From a virus: a stretch of 64,000 nucleotides of DNA. Location of the stretch: positions 7,681-71,680 of IMG/VR virus record IMGVR_UViG_3300031566_000019. One strand, 5' to 3'. A model generated the notes under the pieces. The model was not told the DNA's origin, ran no database searches, and was given only the letters and a program-made list of their open reading frames with translations. How positions within the stretch are numbered: position 1 is the first letter of the stretch; every line of letters starts with the position of its first letter. Position numbers and translations under genes: made by a program. Positions 53,571 to 64,000 of this stretch are shown here, piece by piece.

Positions 53571-56500
53571 GCGCCAGCGTCTCCCACCGACTTCGACAGT
53601 CGAAGTTGTTTGAGTTCTTGACGCCGCTTCTTGGGAAGTTCTCGATCGAACCTGCGGATGAGCTCCAAGGTGCCATCTTCACGATTGACTCGGAAATCGA
53701 GCCACGCAAACCGTTGCTCACGGAACTGATCGTCGTTGTCGAGCACATCCTCGATGCGGTCGGGCAACACGGGGCGACCATCTCCATCGTCCGCGGTCGG
53801 GTTGTTCACGTTGGTCTCGAGCGTTGAGTAGCTCGGGACGCCGGGCAACGCGCCCACGGGGAACTCAGCATCCAAACGGAAGTCGTTCACCCAGAACCGC
53901 CTATCGAGGACTCCGAGGGAGTCCGTGGTGTTGGCGTACGGACTGATGGACACCAGACCGCGCACCCCGTCGATCAGCTCGTTGCTCATAACCCCTTTCC
54001 CTTCGTCAGGGATCAAAGGGTTACCGAGATCTGCGACGTGCTCGTCACGCTGGAACACGAAGTAGCTTCCGAACTTGTCCTCTCGGAAAAACACATCGAA
54101 CTCCTCTAGGAAGCTCAGCGTGCGCTCTCGCATGAGCAGAATCAGGTCTACCGCATCCGTAGAAAACAGTGCGGAGGGCCGAAACACCCGATACGAGAAG
54201 GGCGCGATGCTCAGGAGGTTTCCACGGAAGGAGTTGGCAGGAGACCCGTTGTCACCCGCAAACGCCGTGGGCCTCAGGTCGAGCTGTCCCTCCACGCCCG
54301 GGCCTCCCGGGGGGTCCGCGAACGGAGCCGTAGAACCCGAGATCGTTGGAAGCACCGCGTACTCCGCGTCAACCCCGAAGGTGACGTTGCCGCCACCGGG
54401 ATCGGCCGAGTACTCGGTCTCCGAACTCACAGTCAGGGAATCCCCCGCGATCTCAGTCACGCGATACCACCCACGGTTGTCGTCGAGCTCGGAAGGACCC
54501 CCGGCAAGGAAAGGCACCTGCTGTCCTGCCTGAGCCGTCGTGCGCCCTGGGACGCTGCGGTCCCCAAAGGGCCTCGTTCCGCGCTCCTGGCCCGTCGTGG
54601 GGACTCCTGAGGGGCCTTGAACGAGCCCCGCAGAATCGATCAGGACGATGTCCCCTTCTTGGATGTTGAGGGCCGCGAAGTTGACGGTGCCGTCGGTGTC
54701 TTTGAGACGCCTCGGATCTGTGGGGTTGGCTTCGGAAGGGACGAACCCTCCGTCTTCGCTCGAGTAGTCTGCCGTGCGCTCAAGAAGCATCGTGTCAACG
54801 ATCTGGCTGAAAAGCTGAGCGTTGCTCTGCTGATGCGGGACAGGTACTTGTCGCAGGTAGACCTCAAACTTCTTACCTGGAACGTCTGCGGCCGGGACCT
54901 TCGTGATGCCGGGCTCCTTGAGCCAGATCTGCGTTGCGGACTCGATGCCTGCAATCTCGATCTCCTCGAGGAGAGTCGTGCCGTCATCATCGAACAGTCG
55001 GAAGAAGTCTCCGGGGTTCACGTTGACGAGGTCATCGTTGAACGGACCAAGGTTCGTGGCATCGTCAGCGGTCACGACGTAGGGGTAGACAAACCCTTCT
55101 GTCCCCACCGGTGCGCTCCCGAAATCGGAGATGATGCCTTCGCGGATCTCGTAGACGTAACGCAGTGGCCCGAGCAGCTCCCCGATGCCCTCGAGCACCG
55201 TATGGAAACGACGGATGCGACGAATCTCCCAAGTCACCGGTTCGTCCGTGGAAGGTTCACCAAAAGCACTGGGGTCACGGAACCCGATGTCCGCAGCAGC
55301 CACCGAGTTGCCCGCATCGACCACCCGCTCAGCACCCCCGGCCAAGTTGAGCGTCGGTTTCGACCACGAGGGCTCAAGAAAGATGCCTGCTTGTGCGTGG
55401 AACCCCGGAGCCAACAGACCAGTGATCGTGAGCAGGGTGTCTCCAGGCATGATGGCGAAGAGCCCTGCAACGGTATGGATGGAGTTCCAATCGGAAAGCC
55501 CGACAGGGGTTTGGTCGATCTGGAAAAACTCGGGGACGTTGTCGTAGACGTACGCGTTGGGGTCGGGATCAAAAGATGTGTTGAGGATCGGAGTGGCCAC
55601 AAACACTCCGAGCTCGTTCAGGCCAGGAGCACCAGCAACAAGATCAGCTCCCGCCAAGTCCCACCCTGCTGCACCGCCCGGCCCAAAAATGGCGATGCCA
55701 TCGAAGCCACCAATGGGGGTGGGGAGCGGCGCCAAAGACCCGACCGTGTTGTGGTTGAAAGGTTTGGGCTCAGTCCCACCAATCAATAAATCCTCGGCAT
55801 TCTCCATCGTGATGTCGACCCGATAGAATCCCGATACGAGAATCCCCTCGGCGAGAGCATCGATCTCGGCGGCCGTGAACGCAGTCCCGGCAAAGTCCTC
55901 GACGGTGAGGGGGTCTACGGTGAAGACGTTGGTGCCGTTGTTGACCGCCGTGTACGCAATTTTGTAGTTCGCAGTCGTGTAGTTCGCGGCATCGGGATCA
56001 GGCTGCACGATGAAGTACAGGAAACCACCCGCCGGGTCCCAAGCTGACCCTCCTCCAAGCAGTGTCGTGTTTGAGACCGTGACGGTGCCTCCGACATCGA
56101 CATCCGTTGAAACAAGGGATGGGAATTTGACGCCAGCCCATCCGGGAGTGTTTGCAGGCAACGTGGTCTGGGACGCACCCAGATCTCGCTGTTGCGTCGT
56201 AAGATCGGCCGCCGATGGCTCAAGCGCGTACTTGACGAGATAGGTGCCAGCCGTAGCCGCTCCCTTGGGGGCTAGATCGTCCGTCCCAAGGATGACGAGA
56301 ACATCCCCCGCCTCAACGGCCGAAAGTCCCTCTCCCGTAACGCCGAGAAGGGTGACGCCATCGCTCGAGATACGGTTGTTTCGGTCTGGGGTGCTCCCCG
56401 CGATACCGGTGCCCTCCGCGATGGGGATCACTTGCCCTTCCCCAAATCTTGAAGACGCAAGTGCCGTGAAGGTAATCGGACTCGACGTGACAATGGGCGT

Positions 56501-59500
56501 GTTGCCGTGCCCCTCAAACCCCATCACTCGAACCGTGCCGCGCCCATCTCCCGCCGGAAGCGGATTGAACGTCCCGACGAACGGGTACACATCCGTTCGA
56601 GCAAGGAAAGTGAACGGTGCCCCGCCATTCACAGAAGCAGGCGCATTGACCGTGTTGGTCGTGACCGACTTGCTCTCAATCTCAAGCACGCTGAGTTCAG
56701 AGAACACCGGGATGCCCACCACCGCGGGCTCCCCACGCGGAAGGACCGATCGCAAATCAAGCCCTTCGCTGAGCGTAAGCCTGTCGAGCTGAATGAAGGC
56801 GGTCCCACTTGAGCCTCCCGAGAAATCGAGATCGATGGTGAACCAGAGCGGGACAGTGTCTCCAGGGTTCAACGGGTCTTCGGGGAGGTCAGGGGCACCC
56901 CCGAGGCTGATGGCGTACCAAGAGCCGGCCGTCGTGATCGTCAATACGTTGTCGGTAGCCGACGCCGCTGTAATTGCTGAAACGAATGGGGCCGACGAAC
57001 TCGTGGCCGTGTTGGCCCCGAAGTCGAGGACCAAGGTGTCCACGATGACGGGAACCGGCGTGATGTTTGTCGGAGCCGTCCACAGATTGATGGTGATGAG
57101 GTTGCCGGCGCCGAGCGCCATGAAGTTGTTCAGCCCACCAGCCACGCCCGCGGGGGTTCCGTCATTGAGCACCAAAAGTGCCGTGGAGATCTGTGTGATG
57201 TCGAAGGTCGTGACGACAGCTCCGCTCTCGTTGATGACCATCCCTGCCGGGTTGACGGAAGGCGCCTGATTCACAAACGACATCGCCGTCTTGAACAGGT
57301 AGCGCATCGTGTCTCCGAGCGCAGTCGGCGTCACAAAACGCGGAGGCTCAATGGAACTGCCACTCGCATCCCCCGTAGCAAGCCCCACCGACAGGATGCC
57401 TTGTGAACCTGCGGGGAGACCGAGGGCACTCTGTCCCGTCTCAACGAGCAGCACATCGAACTGGCGCACATCCCCAAGGCCACTGTGTGGTGTGTATCCG
57501 CCGGCGGTATTGACCGGCCACACGTCGAACTGCGTGTTGATCGTGGCCGGGGGCTCCCCGCCTGCAAAGACGCCCAAAATCTCTCCGTCGGCACCCTCAA
57601 CTTCGTCCGGGTAGACGGCGCTGGGAATCCCAGTGTCCGCGTACAGGTCGTTGAACGCTCCTGCCACGATGCCGAGCTGATCGATCTCGGTGTTCTGAGC
57701 GTAGAGGTACGGCAGTGTGTAGTCGCCACTGTCGTTCGTGAAACCGCCTGTGAGCGCCGGGATGGCAGCGGGTTCCGTTGCCCCGTTACGGAACGTAACC
57801 GAGCCCTCGATGTTCGTGAGGGGCTTGGGCGGCTTCTGACCGAGGAGTTCCTTGATACCGAAGATGCTCGGGTCCGAGAACGAAGGGAACGTGATGTCAC
57901 GGAGTTCGCCATCAGGGCGGTCCACTCCTACGTCGAATCCAACCCGGAAACTCGGGAGCCCTTCGAGTTGAGCCTCTGTGTTGCTCTTGGTCGAAGGCTC
58001 GTCAGGATCAACGGATGAGTCAATCTCAGCATCCGAAGGAGTGACGAAAACCGTGTCTCCTCGGAACAGCGCAATGGGGCCATCCGAAGATGCCGGGTCC
58101 TCCGAAACCTCGAGCAGATCGTTGTCGCTCTTGAGGATGGTGGCCAAATCCCCGGGGATATGGTCTTCCGTAGCAAAAGTGATGATGCACCCAAGAAGGA
58201 TCTCTCCCACGAACACCGAACGCCCAACCGTGTAGGTCTCGGGGGTGCCGGTGCCCACCAGTGCAGAAGGGAAGTCGAAGGACGCGCTCTCCGAAGTCTG
58301 CACGTCGAGGATGCGACCATCAGGGCGCCCGAACGTGATCTTCGGCCGTCGGTTGATGTCCGCGTTCGTCTCTTGGAAAGCAGGCGTGAAGAAATCGGGG
58401 TCCCCCGTAGTGAGATCGATGACCTCACCTCCCTGAGCTGCAAGCTGAGTCACGTCCGGCAAGCCGTTCGCCCCGAGCGGGAGCTCGTGGAGCGGAAGGG
58501 GCGTGGCGATCACTGCGGGACGCGGATCGGCTGCGAAGTTCGTCCCACTGAATGGGATAGAGTCAAACTCCGGGAACCCGGTGGGCGAGTACGCGAAGAT
58601 ACGTGCTCGAGCGAGTCGGTTCTGCACCGTGACCGAGCCGATGTTCTCGACCTGTCCGATGACAGGGTTGCCCACGTCAGCAATGCTCTTGAAGAACGTG
58701 CTCGCACGCTTGGGCAACTCGATCTTGAAGTTGCCTCCGCTCCCCTTGATGGACAGCCGCTTGACCTTCTTGCGGAACGCATAGACCCCCGGTTTGACGG
58801 GGTCGGCCTCGAGGTCAGCTTGGATGCCAGGATCGGTGAGGGTGAAGTACTCGGCCTGCTCAGGGAAAATGCGAGAGAACCGGCTCGCCACACCGAGACG
58901 CCGGTACTTACCGAACGCCTCCAAACGGAGGGGGAACAGTCGCAGACGCTTGCGAGTCCGAGCGTAGAGAACGATGTCATCCACGTCGTTCATCGAGAAC
59001 TCGCGCTGGAGGTTCTGGAGGTCCCCGAGGAAGTCAGGATCGATGAAATCCCCCTCGAGCTGGTCGCCCGCGATGATGAAGTTTGAGGGATCGACAACCG
59101 GGTCCCGCGTCAGGAAAGTGGCCTTCGGGTTGTACCCAAAGAACACTTCCGAGAAGAGGTTACGGTTGTTGAGCTCCCCACTGATCTCATCCTCGTAGCC
59201 GGGAGGTGTGACCTCTTTGTGCTTGCCAACGAAGAACTGGAACTTGCCGTCTCGGTCGCCGATGATGTTGCCCGAGATGGTCTCGGTGATCTGTTCAAAC
59301 GCGAGGATCGCTTCGTTGTAGAACTCAAGGAACACGCGCGCAGCTCGGTCGGTGTCTTCAAGCCCACGGCGCTGCGACTTGAGCCCAAGACGCCCTTGGG
59401 TGGCGTTCTCAGTCGGGGGAATGACCGCAGGTGCGGGGCCAAGGGAAGGCAGAGACGCCGCAATGTCCCGTGCCACCTCATCCGCCACCTCTCCGAGATA

Positions 59501-62500
59501 CGAGAGCAACGGCAACGTCCTGTAGAAGAACGTGTCGGGGTTGGAGAACGTGTACGACCCAAGGAGTATCTGGCCGAGGCGATTGTTCTCCTCCGAAGGT
59601 GACGCGACGTATGAGAACTTCGCTACGAAGCGCGGGTTGAGGATGAAGTCCCCAAGCTGGATCGGAGAGATAGCCCGCTGACGCGTATGACGGAGGTAGA
59701 GGCTTTGAGTAGGAAGGAGCGGCCCCTGCGGAGGACTGAGGAATTCAACCGCACCATCGTCAAGATTGATCGTGTAGTCGATCGACTCTCGGAGCGTGCG
59801 CCCAGGAAGTACATTGCCAGCAGCATTGGTCTCTCCAAATAGGATGAGTTCGTACGGCTCCTCAGAGGCAACAGCCCCACGACCCAAGAACTGAGAAGGA
59901 GTGGGCGGGTACACTGGCCGTACGCTGATCTTCGCGACGTCCTGTCCAAACGCAAACCCCCGAGGGAAGAAGCTCGTGATGTCGATCTGCGTTCGGTTGC
60001 CATCCACCAAATTGGCGCCCGACACGATGAACGGGAATCCCCCAAGCTCAAGGAGGTACCCGGGCACGAGAATGCCCGTCAGGTCTGCCAGGAATTTGAT
60101 GCTCTGGAAGCCACGGTTGACAGGCTCGTACTGCGCTGAGAGTTCGAGCCAAAACCCATCAGGGGCTTCGGGCACGATGTCCGTGGCAAGCGGGATGTCG
60201 CTGATCAGCGACAGAGAGTCGCCTCCCGGATCACGGGAGCCGGCTTCGAGCTGGGTCTCTGGGATGAAGTCAACCGTGGTCAGGTTCGTAGTTGCGTCGT
60301 ACGTGGACTCCGTGATGTAAAACGGGAACTCAGCCACACGCAGGAGTTTGCCGGGTGTGACGTCACTGGTCCGATCCGTCTCGAGTGTGAATTTCGTCTT
60401 GTCCACCTCGATACGAAACGGAGGCCGGTACACGGGGGACTGGCTAGCGGTATAGGTCTGCTCTCCGCCAAACGCCTCAAACACCGCGTAGGAAACAAGC
60501 ACTTCGCTCGTCACGTCTACGGGCTCCGCAAGGATGGCAACGTAACTCTTGCTCTCGTTGTTGATCTCAAACGTAGCGACCGGGGAACTGCCGATGTTGT
60601 AGAGCGTCGAGCCCACATACAGCGCGACATCCACCTCTTCATCGACGGTGCGCTCAGTCGGGTTGAACAACCACCGACTTTCCACCCCCGAGGCAGCCCC
60701 ACTCTCTGGGGTCGCGGGTTCCAACCGCACAAACAACGGAAGTTGCTCGGTGATCTCGACAGACTCTTCACCTGCTTCGGGATCTTCGGGATCGACAGGC
60801 ACAAACAGCAGGTCACCGGTCCCGTTCTCGGCTCGGAAGTAGTTGGTCTCGACAACCTGGAACTCGCGCAGCGGTTTCGTGAACGCAAACGACGCTTGGA
60901 GCGGGTTGAGCGTCACGTCCTGCCCTGAAGTCTCCGTGACCATCTCTTCAACCAAGTAGACCTTCGTGCCTCCGTAGGAAGCCATGTCCGGCGTGTTGAA
61001 ATTGAGTTCCCCATCCGCGGGGTCGTACTCGACGATGCCCGCAGGGAGATCGATGGGACTCGAATCGGGGGTCAGGAACTCCTCGACGTAGACGGCGTTC
61101 TGGCCATCAAACTGGACGAAAACTTCGGCGCCGAAGTTCAGGAGCCCTGAAACGTCCTGCACCTCAATGACATCCCCGACCAGCGGGAAGGACAGGACGC
61201 CAGGGACTTTGATGAGGTTGCCGTCCGCGAACGTGTAGGTCTTGTCCCCCACGCGAATCGAAAAGTTGTCGTTGACGAACCGCTCGGAGCTCGGGGTTGG
61301 GACCTCGAGCGCCGAGTTGACGATCACACCAAGGTCAGTCTGTGTGAGCGCGACGAGCTGGGCGACAGGAGACGTGTCCTCGAGCCCGTAGCGGATGCTG
61401 ATGGCACGACCACTCTGGAGTGCGTCCCCAAGGTCAGCACTGAGGCGAGTGCCTTCTTGTGTCGTTTGATTGAGAGGGACATCCCCAAGAGGGGAGAGCA
61501 CTCGGACCTTCCACGGGTCCTCGGGAAGGTGTTGGAACTGAATGTACTGGGTATCCGCGATGAGACCCGGGTCGAACTCTTCAACCGTCTCCCCATCGTA
61601 GAGCTCCCACGGCACAGGACCGTCCGTAACCGGGAACTCCTGTTCAACCTCAAGACTGTTCGTGAGCGTTGCATCCTCGGCCACGACATACGTGCCCTTC
61701 GCGTCGCCCTGCGTCACTTTGAGATGCCACCCTGCTTTGACTTCGAGCGTCACGAAGTCGATGTCAGACGAGTCATCCGTGAATGTCGTGGTGGCTGCTG
61801 TGAAGGTGCCGCGACCACCAAGTTGCTTGAGGGCCCCCACGGTGTCGATCAACAACGCGATGCCTGCGTCCCCCCCGGCAGGGAGGATGTAGTCCTCGTT
61901 CAAGATCTGGAGATTCAGAGGAGACCCGGCGGTGGACAACCGCAGACCGTTCCCCGGCAGTCGCATGGACGACTCGATGACTTGGCCCTGCCCAAGGAAC
62001 AGATTGTCCGTGGGCTGCTCGACCGTCGCGTTCTCAGTGTGTTGGAACGCCCACGAGAACTTCTCGATCCCGAACTCGTAGAACACTTCCTCGTAGTTCT
62101 CGAGGTTGAACTTGACCAGGCCGTCTTGGATACGGAAGAAGACACCTTCGTCGTAGCCAGCTCGGTCTTCAAGCGGCGGCCGGTCCAAGAGCACGATGGG
62201 GGATTGCGAGATGGACGGGGTGAGCACCACGTTGTCGAAACGCCCAATGTGGCGGACATCCGAGATACTGTCCTTCGTCCCATCCAAGTTGAAAGGACTG
62301 CGGAAGACCCCCACGGACGTTCCGTTGTCAGGCAAGAACACCAGATCGGGCGCAGGGTCCACGTCATTTGGCGACGCAATCCGTACGATCCATCCGGGCA
62401 AGAACCCGAGCGCGGAGGGCCCTGAAAGGTCTTTGGTGCCGTTGGGTCCGAACCCAATCTCGATTTCTCCGTAACGGAAACCATTGACGACGGAAGTCGC

Positions 62501-64000
62501 CCCGATGGACACGCGCCCGTTGAGTGCTTCCACTACAGCAGCCGTCACAGACCCCAGGCTCGTGGCAATCTCTTCGGCGGTGAAGGTACCTCCCGCAGAG
62601 GTCTCCACGCCTCCGGGGTTCAAGGCAGCGTTCCAGGTTGACTGGGCGCCGTCCACGGAGAAGACAAGAATCTCAGTGCCCTCGAGCGTGAAGTCATCAC
62701 GAACCCGAGACCAGATGCGTGCTTCCTTGGCGTACACCGAAGGCTGCACACCCGACTGGAGGAAGTACATGACCTTCCCATCGAATCGCTTGAGGTCTTG
62801 TCGTCCAAGAATGACTTCGCTGCCTCCCGAGCCCTGTCGCCGATCGACATAGGCAACCCCGCGCGGAATCCTGAACCGGAAACGAGGACGCTCATCGTCG
62901 TCATCGAAAGTCCTGATAGTCCTGATCTGTCCGTTGTCGGAGAACAGCACCACGTCCCACGGTCCCTCGATCTCACGGACCATCCCGGAACCGTTGCCAG
63001 GGCGGATACCCGCAGCCGTGTTCGTGTTCGGGATCGTTCCCGTACCGTCGGGGTTGTGCAGAACGCCCGAAGTTCCCGGCGTGGGGGTCGGGATGGCGTC
63101 AGGGATGTAGATGCTGTGGTTCTTCCCGTCCACCGTCGTGGGGCCACCGCCGCTGTCCACGAGCCGTATAGGAAGCCTCATGGGCACGGGACGTTGGGTG
63201 AGGCTCACACCGTCGTAGAAGACCTGAGCTCCGAGGTAATCAGGGTCGAAACCTTCTTCGTCGGGGTCAGCCTTGGCCAGGTCCTCCTCCGAGAACTTGA
63301 GGCGTCCCGTGGAGAGCGCGACCCCAATCTGTCCCTCCAACACGATGACGGCTGCAAGCTGTGCTTCCGTGTCTGCAAACCGAACCTCGAGAGGCTGCCT
63401 GGACCCAATACGGAGGAACGGGTAATCGGTGGGGCCTGGGATCGGAGCGATGAACAACAGGTTGAGATCTGCGTCCTCAAGAAGACCAAGAGGCTCGATC
63501 TCAACTTGATCGACGAACCCTTGGTAGGAGTAGAAGATCGTCTGCCCGGCGTACTCGTCAACGAAGGAGGGATTCCATCGAAGTGTGCCTGACTCGTTGC
63601 CCACTACACCGGAAAGCGTGGGCTCTGTCTCAAAAGCAAACTCCTCGACCTCTTCCTCTGGCACGACCTTGATGCCACCGAAGCCCGAAGCAGCAACAGG
63701 CTCGGCCACCGGAATCGAAGCGGCATCAGGACGCGTTCCGATCCTGACCATGCAGTATGCGTCAGAGTCTCCGCTGTCTCCTGGAAGGAACTCCCCCGCA
63801 ACGATGCGAACCGGAGAAGGTGAAAGAACGTAGGACTCGTCCTTGAGAATGACCCCCAAGTTGCGCGGAGGCGTTCCACGGATAGGCGCCCATCGCTGGA
63901 GCCGACCATTCCAAATGAATCGCGTCTCGTAGCGGTCGTTCTTGGACCACCAGAACGCCGGAGGATCGAGCAGGTAGTCGAGGTCAATGGCACGGTCGCC
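53567..64000 (-). CDS. giant virion protein, more than 3,477 aa (5' end outside the window)
   Basis: The frame stays open past the track's TTG at 63859 to the window edge (GDRAIDLDYLLDPPAFWWSKNDRYETRFIWNGRLQRWAPIRG). Acidic and beta-rich, upstream of the baseplate genes. Confidence 0.85.
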   Translation of the reverse strand, partial: GDRAIDLDYLLDPPAFWWSKNDRYETRFIWNGRLQRWAPIRGTPPRNLGVILKDESYVLSPSPVRIVAGEFLPGDSGDSDAYCMVRIGTRPDAASIPVAEPVAASGFGGIKVVPEEEVEEFAFETEPTLSGVVGNESGTLRWNPSFVDEYAGQTIFYSYQGFVDQVEIEPLGLLEDADLNLLFIAPIPGPTDYPFLRIGSRQPLEVRFADTEAQLAAVIVLEGQIGVALSTGRLKFSEEDLAKADPDEEGFDPDYLGAQVFYDGVSLTQRPVPMRLPIRLVDSGGGPTTVDGKNHSIYIPDAIPTPTPGTSGVLHNPDGTGTIPNTNTAAGIRPGNGSGMVREIEGPWDVVLFSDNGQIRTIRTFDDDDERPRFRFRIPRGVAYVDRRQGSGGSEVILGRQDLKRFDGKVMYFLQSGVQPSVYAKEARIWSRVRDDFTLEGTEILVFSVDGAQSTWNAALNPGGVETSAGGTFTAEEIATSLGSVTAAVVEALNGRVSIGATSVVNGFRYGEIEIGFGPNGTKDLSGPSALGFLPGWIVRIASPNDVDPAPDLVFLPDNGTSVGVFRSPFNLDGTKDSISDVRHIGRFDNVVLTPSISQSPIVLLDRPPLEDRAGYDEGVFFRIQDGLVKFNLENYEEVFYEFGIEKFSWAFQHTENATVEQPTDNLFLGQGQVIESSMRLPGNGLRLSTAGSPLNLQILNEDYILPAGGDAGIALLIDTVGALKQLGGRGTFTAATTTFTDDSSDIDFVTLEVKAGWHLKVTQGDAKGTYVVAEDATLTNSLEVEQEFPVTDGPVPWELYDGETVEEFDPGLIADTQYIQFQHLPEDPWKVRVLSPLGDVPLNQTTQEGTRLSADLGDALQSGRAISIRYGLEDTSPVAQLVALTQTDLGVIVNSALEVPTPSSERFVNDNFSIRVGDKTYTFADGNLIKVPGVLSFPLVGDVIEVQDVSGLLNFGAEVFVQFDGQNAVYVEEFLTPDSSPIDLPAGIVEYDPADGELNFNTPDMASYGGTKVYLVEEMVTETSGQDVTLNPLQASFAFTKPLREFQVVETNYFRAENGTGDLLFVPVDPEDPEAGEESVEITEQLPLFVRLEPATPESGAASGVESRWLFNPTERTVDEEVDVALYVGSTLYNIGSSPVATFEINNESKSYVAILAEPVDVTSEVLVSYAVFEAFGGEQTYTASQSPVYRPPFRIEVDKTKFTLETDRTSDVTPGKLLRVAEFPFYITESTYDATTNLTTVDFIPETQLEAGSRDPGGDSLSLISDIPLATDIVPEAPDGFWLELSAQYEPVNRGFQSIKFLADLTGILVPGYLLELGGFPFIVSGANLVDGNRTQIDITSFFPRGFAFGQDVAKISVRPVYPPTPSQFLGRGAVASEEPYELILFGETNAAGNVLPGRTLRESIDYTINLDDGAVEFLSPPQGPLLPTQSLYLRHTRQRAISPIQLGDFILNPRFVAKFSYVASPSEENNRLGQILLGSYTFSNPDTFFYRTLPLLSYLGEVADEVARDIAASLPSLGPAPAVIPPTENATQGRLGLKSQRRGLEDTDRAARVFLEFYNEAILAFEQITETISGNIIGDRDGKFQFFVGKHKEVTPPGYEDEISGELNNRNLFSEVFFGYNPKATFLTRDPVVDPSNFIIAGDQLEGDFIDPDFLGDLQNLQREFSMNDVDDIVLYARTRKRLRLFPLRLEAFGKYRRLGVASRFSRIFPEQAEYFTLTDPGIQADLEADPVKPGVYAFRKKVKRLSIKGSGGNFKIELPKRASTFFKSIADVGNPVIGQVENIGSVTVQNRLARARIFAYSPTGFPEFDSIPFSGTNFAADPRPAVIATPLPLHELPLGANGLPDVTQLAAQGGEVIDLTTGDPDFFTPAFQETNADINRRPKITFGRPDGRILDVQTSESASFDFPSALVGTGTPETYTVGRSVFVGEILLGCIITFATEDHIPGDLATILKSDNDLLEVSEDPASSDGPIALFRGDTVFVTPSDAEIDSSVDPDEPSTKSNTEAQLEGLPSFRVGFDVGVDRPDGELRDITFPSFSDPSIFGIKELLGQKPPKPLTNIEGSVTFRNGATEPAAIPALTGGFTNDSGDYTLPYLYAQNTEIDQLGIVAGAFNDLYADTGIPSAVYPDEVEGADGEILGVFAGGEPPATINTQFDVWPVNTAGGYTPHSGLGDVRQFDVLLVETGQSALGLPAGSQGILSVGLATGDASGSSIEPPRFVTPTALGDTMRYLFKTAMSFVNQAPSVNPAGMVINESGAVVTTFDITQISTALLVLNDGTPAGVAGGLNNFMALGAGNLITINLWTAPTNITPVPVIVDTLVLDFGANTATSSSAPFVSAITAASATDNVLTITTAGSWYAISLGGAPDLPEDPLNPGDTVPLWFTIDLDFSGGSSGTAFIQLDRLTLSEGLDLRSVLPRGEPAVVGIPVFSELSVLEIESKSVTTNTVNAPASVNGGAPFTFLARTDVYPFVGTFNPLPAGDGRGTVRVMGFEGHGNTPIVTSSPITFTALASSRFGEGQVIPIAEGTGIAGSTPDRNNRISSDGVTLLGVTGEGLSAVEAGDVLVILGTDDLAPKGAATAGTYLVKYALEPSAADLTTQQRDLGASQTTLPANTPGWAGVKFPSLVSTDVDVGGTVTVSNTTLLGGGSAWDPAGGFLYFIVQPDPDAANYTTANYKIAYTAVNNGTNVFTVDPLTVEDFAGTAFTAAEIDALAEGILVSGFYRVDITMENAEDLLIGGTEPKPFNHNTVGSLAPLPTPIGGFDGIAIFGPGGAAGWDLAGADLVAGAPGLNELGVFVATPILNTSFDPDPNAYVYDNVPEFFQIDQTPVGLSDWNSIHTVAGLFAIMPGDTLLTITGLLAPGFHAQAGIFLEPSWSKPTLNLAGGAERVVDAGNSVAAADIGFRDPSAFGEPSTDEPVTWEIRRIRRFHTVLEGIGELLGPLRYVYEIREGIISDFGSAPVGTEGFVYPYVVTADDATNLGPFNDDLVNVNPGDFFRLFDDDGTTLLEEIEIAGIESATQIWLKEPGITKVPAADVPGKKFEVYLRQVPVPHQQSNAQLFSQIVDTMLLERTADYSSEDGGFVPSEANPTDPRRLKDTDGTVNFAALNIQEGDIVLIDSAGLVQGPSGVPTTGQERGTRPFGDRSVPGRTTAQAGQQVPFLAGGPSELDDNRGWYRVTEIAGDSLTVSSETEYSADPGGGNVTFGVDAEYAVLPTISGSTAPFADPPGGPGVEGQLDLRPTAFAGDNGSPANSFRGNLLSIAPFSYRVFRPSALFSTDAVDLILLMRERTLSFLEEFDVFFREDKFGSYFVFQRDEHVADLGNPLIPDEGKGVMSNELIDGVRGLVSISPYANTTDSLGVLDRRFWVNDFRLDAEFPVGALPGVPSYSTLETNVNNPTADDGDGRPVLPDRIEDVLDNDDQFREQRFAWLDFRVNREDGTLELIRRFDRELPKKRRQELKQLRLSKSVGDAGA

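Noticed and set aside
1-64000. tRNA, rRNA, integrase or transposase genes; alternative genetic code
   Set aside because: None were recognised. Intergenic gaps are mostly too short for RNA genes, and TAA, TAG and TGA all end genes at sensible boundaries.

Overview
This is a GC-rich (roughly 60% by eye, not computed), densely packed segment of a large tailed phage, most likely a jumbo myovirus. Every credible gene is on the minus strand, and many are translationally coupled through ATGA, TGATG or TAATG overlaps. The right ~47 kb (16,967-64,000) is a virion module: a giant protein of more than 3,477 aa that runs off the right edge, gp25-like, baseplate J-like and P2 gpI-like baseplate proteins, a tail fibre, two paralogous DUF6519/DUF4815-like proteins, other large acidic proteins and a holin-like membrane protein, closed by an intrinsic terminator at ~16,910-16,937. 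The left ~17 kb holds GroEL, a peptidoglycan-binding protein, an SNF2 helicase, a degenerate DnaC-like loader, a DnaB helicase, a cysteine phosphatase, a Tat-signal protein and an NAD-dependent DNA ligase that runs off the left edge and is missing from the ORF track. The most striking observation is a beta-class DNA methyltransferase split across three genes at one junction strand (VVVARKP): a catalytic DPPY half lacking the SAM motif, a rearranged SAM-binding partner whose catalytic motif is destroyed, and a stand-alone copy of the variable (target-recognition-like) module. A fourth, intact SPPY methyltransferase lies nearby. Two candidate promoter classes are also visible: G-TAnnn(T/C) -10 boxes, several implying leaderless starts, in the replication module, and YYTAT-N14-TAGR in the structural module. 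All family assignments come from motif recognition by eye; no database searches were run.
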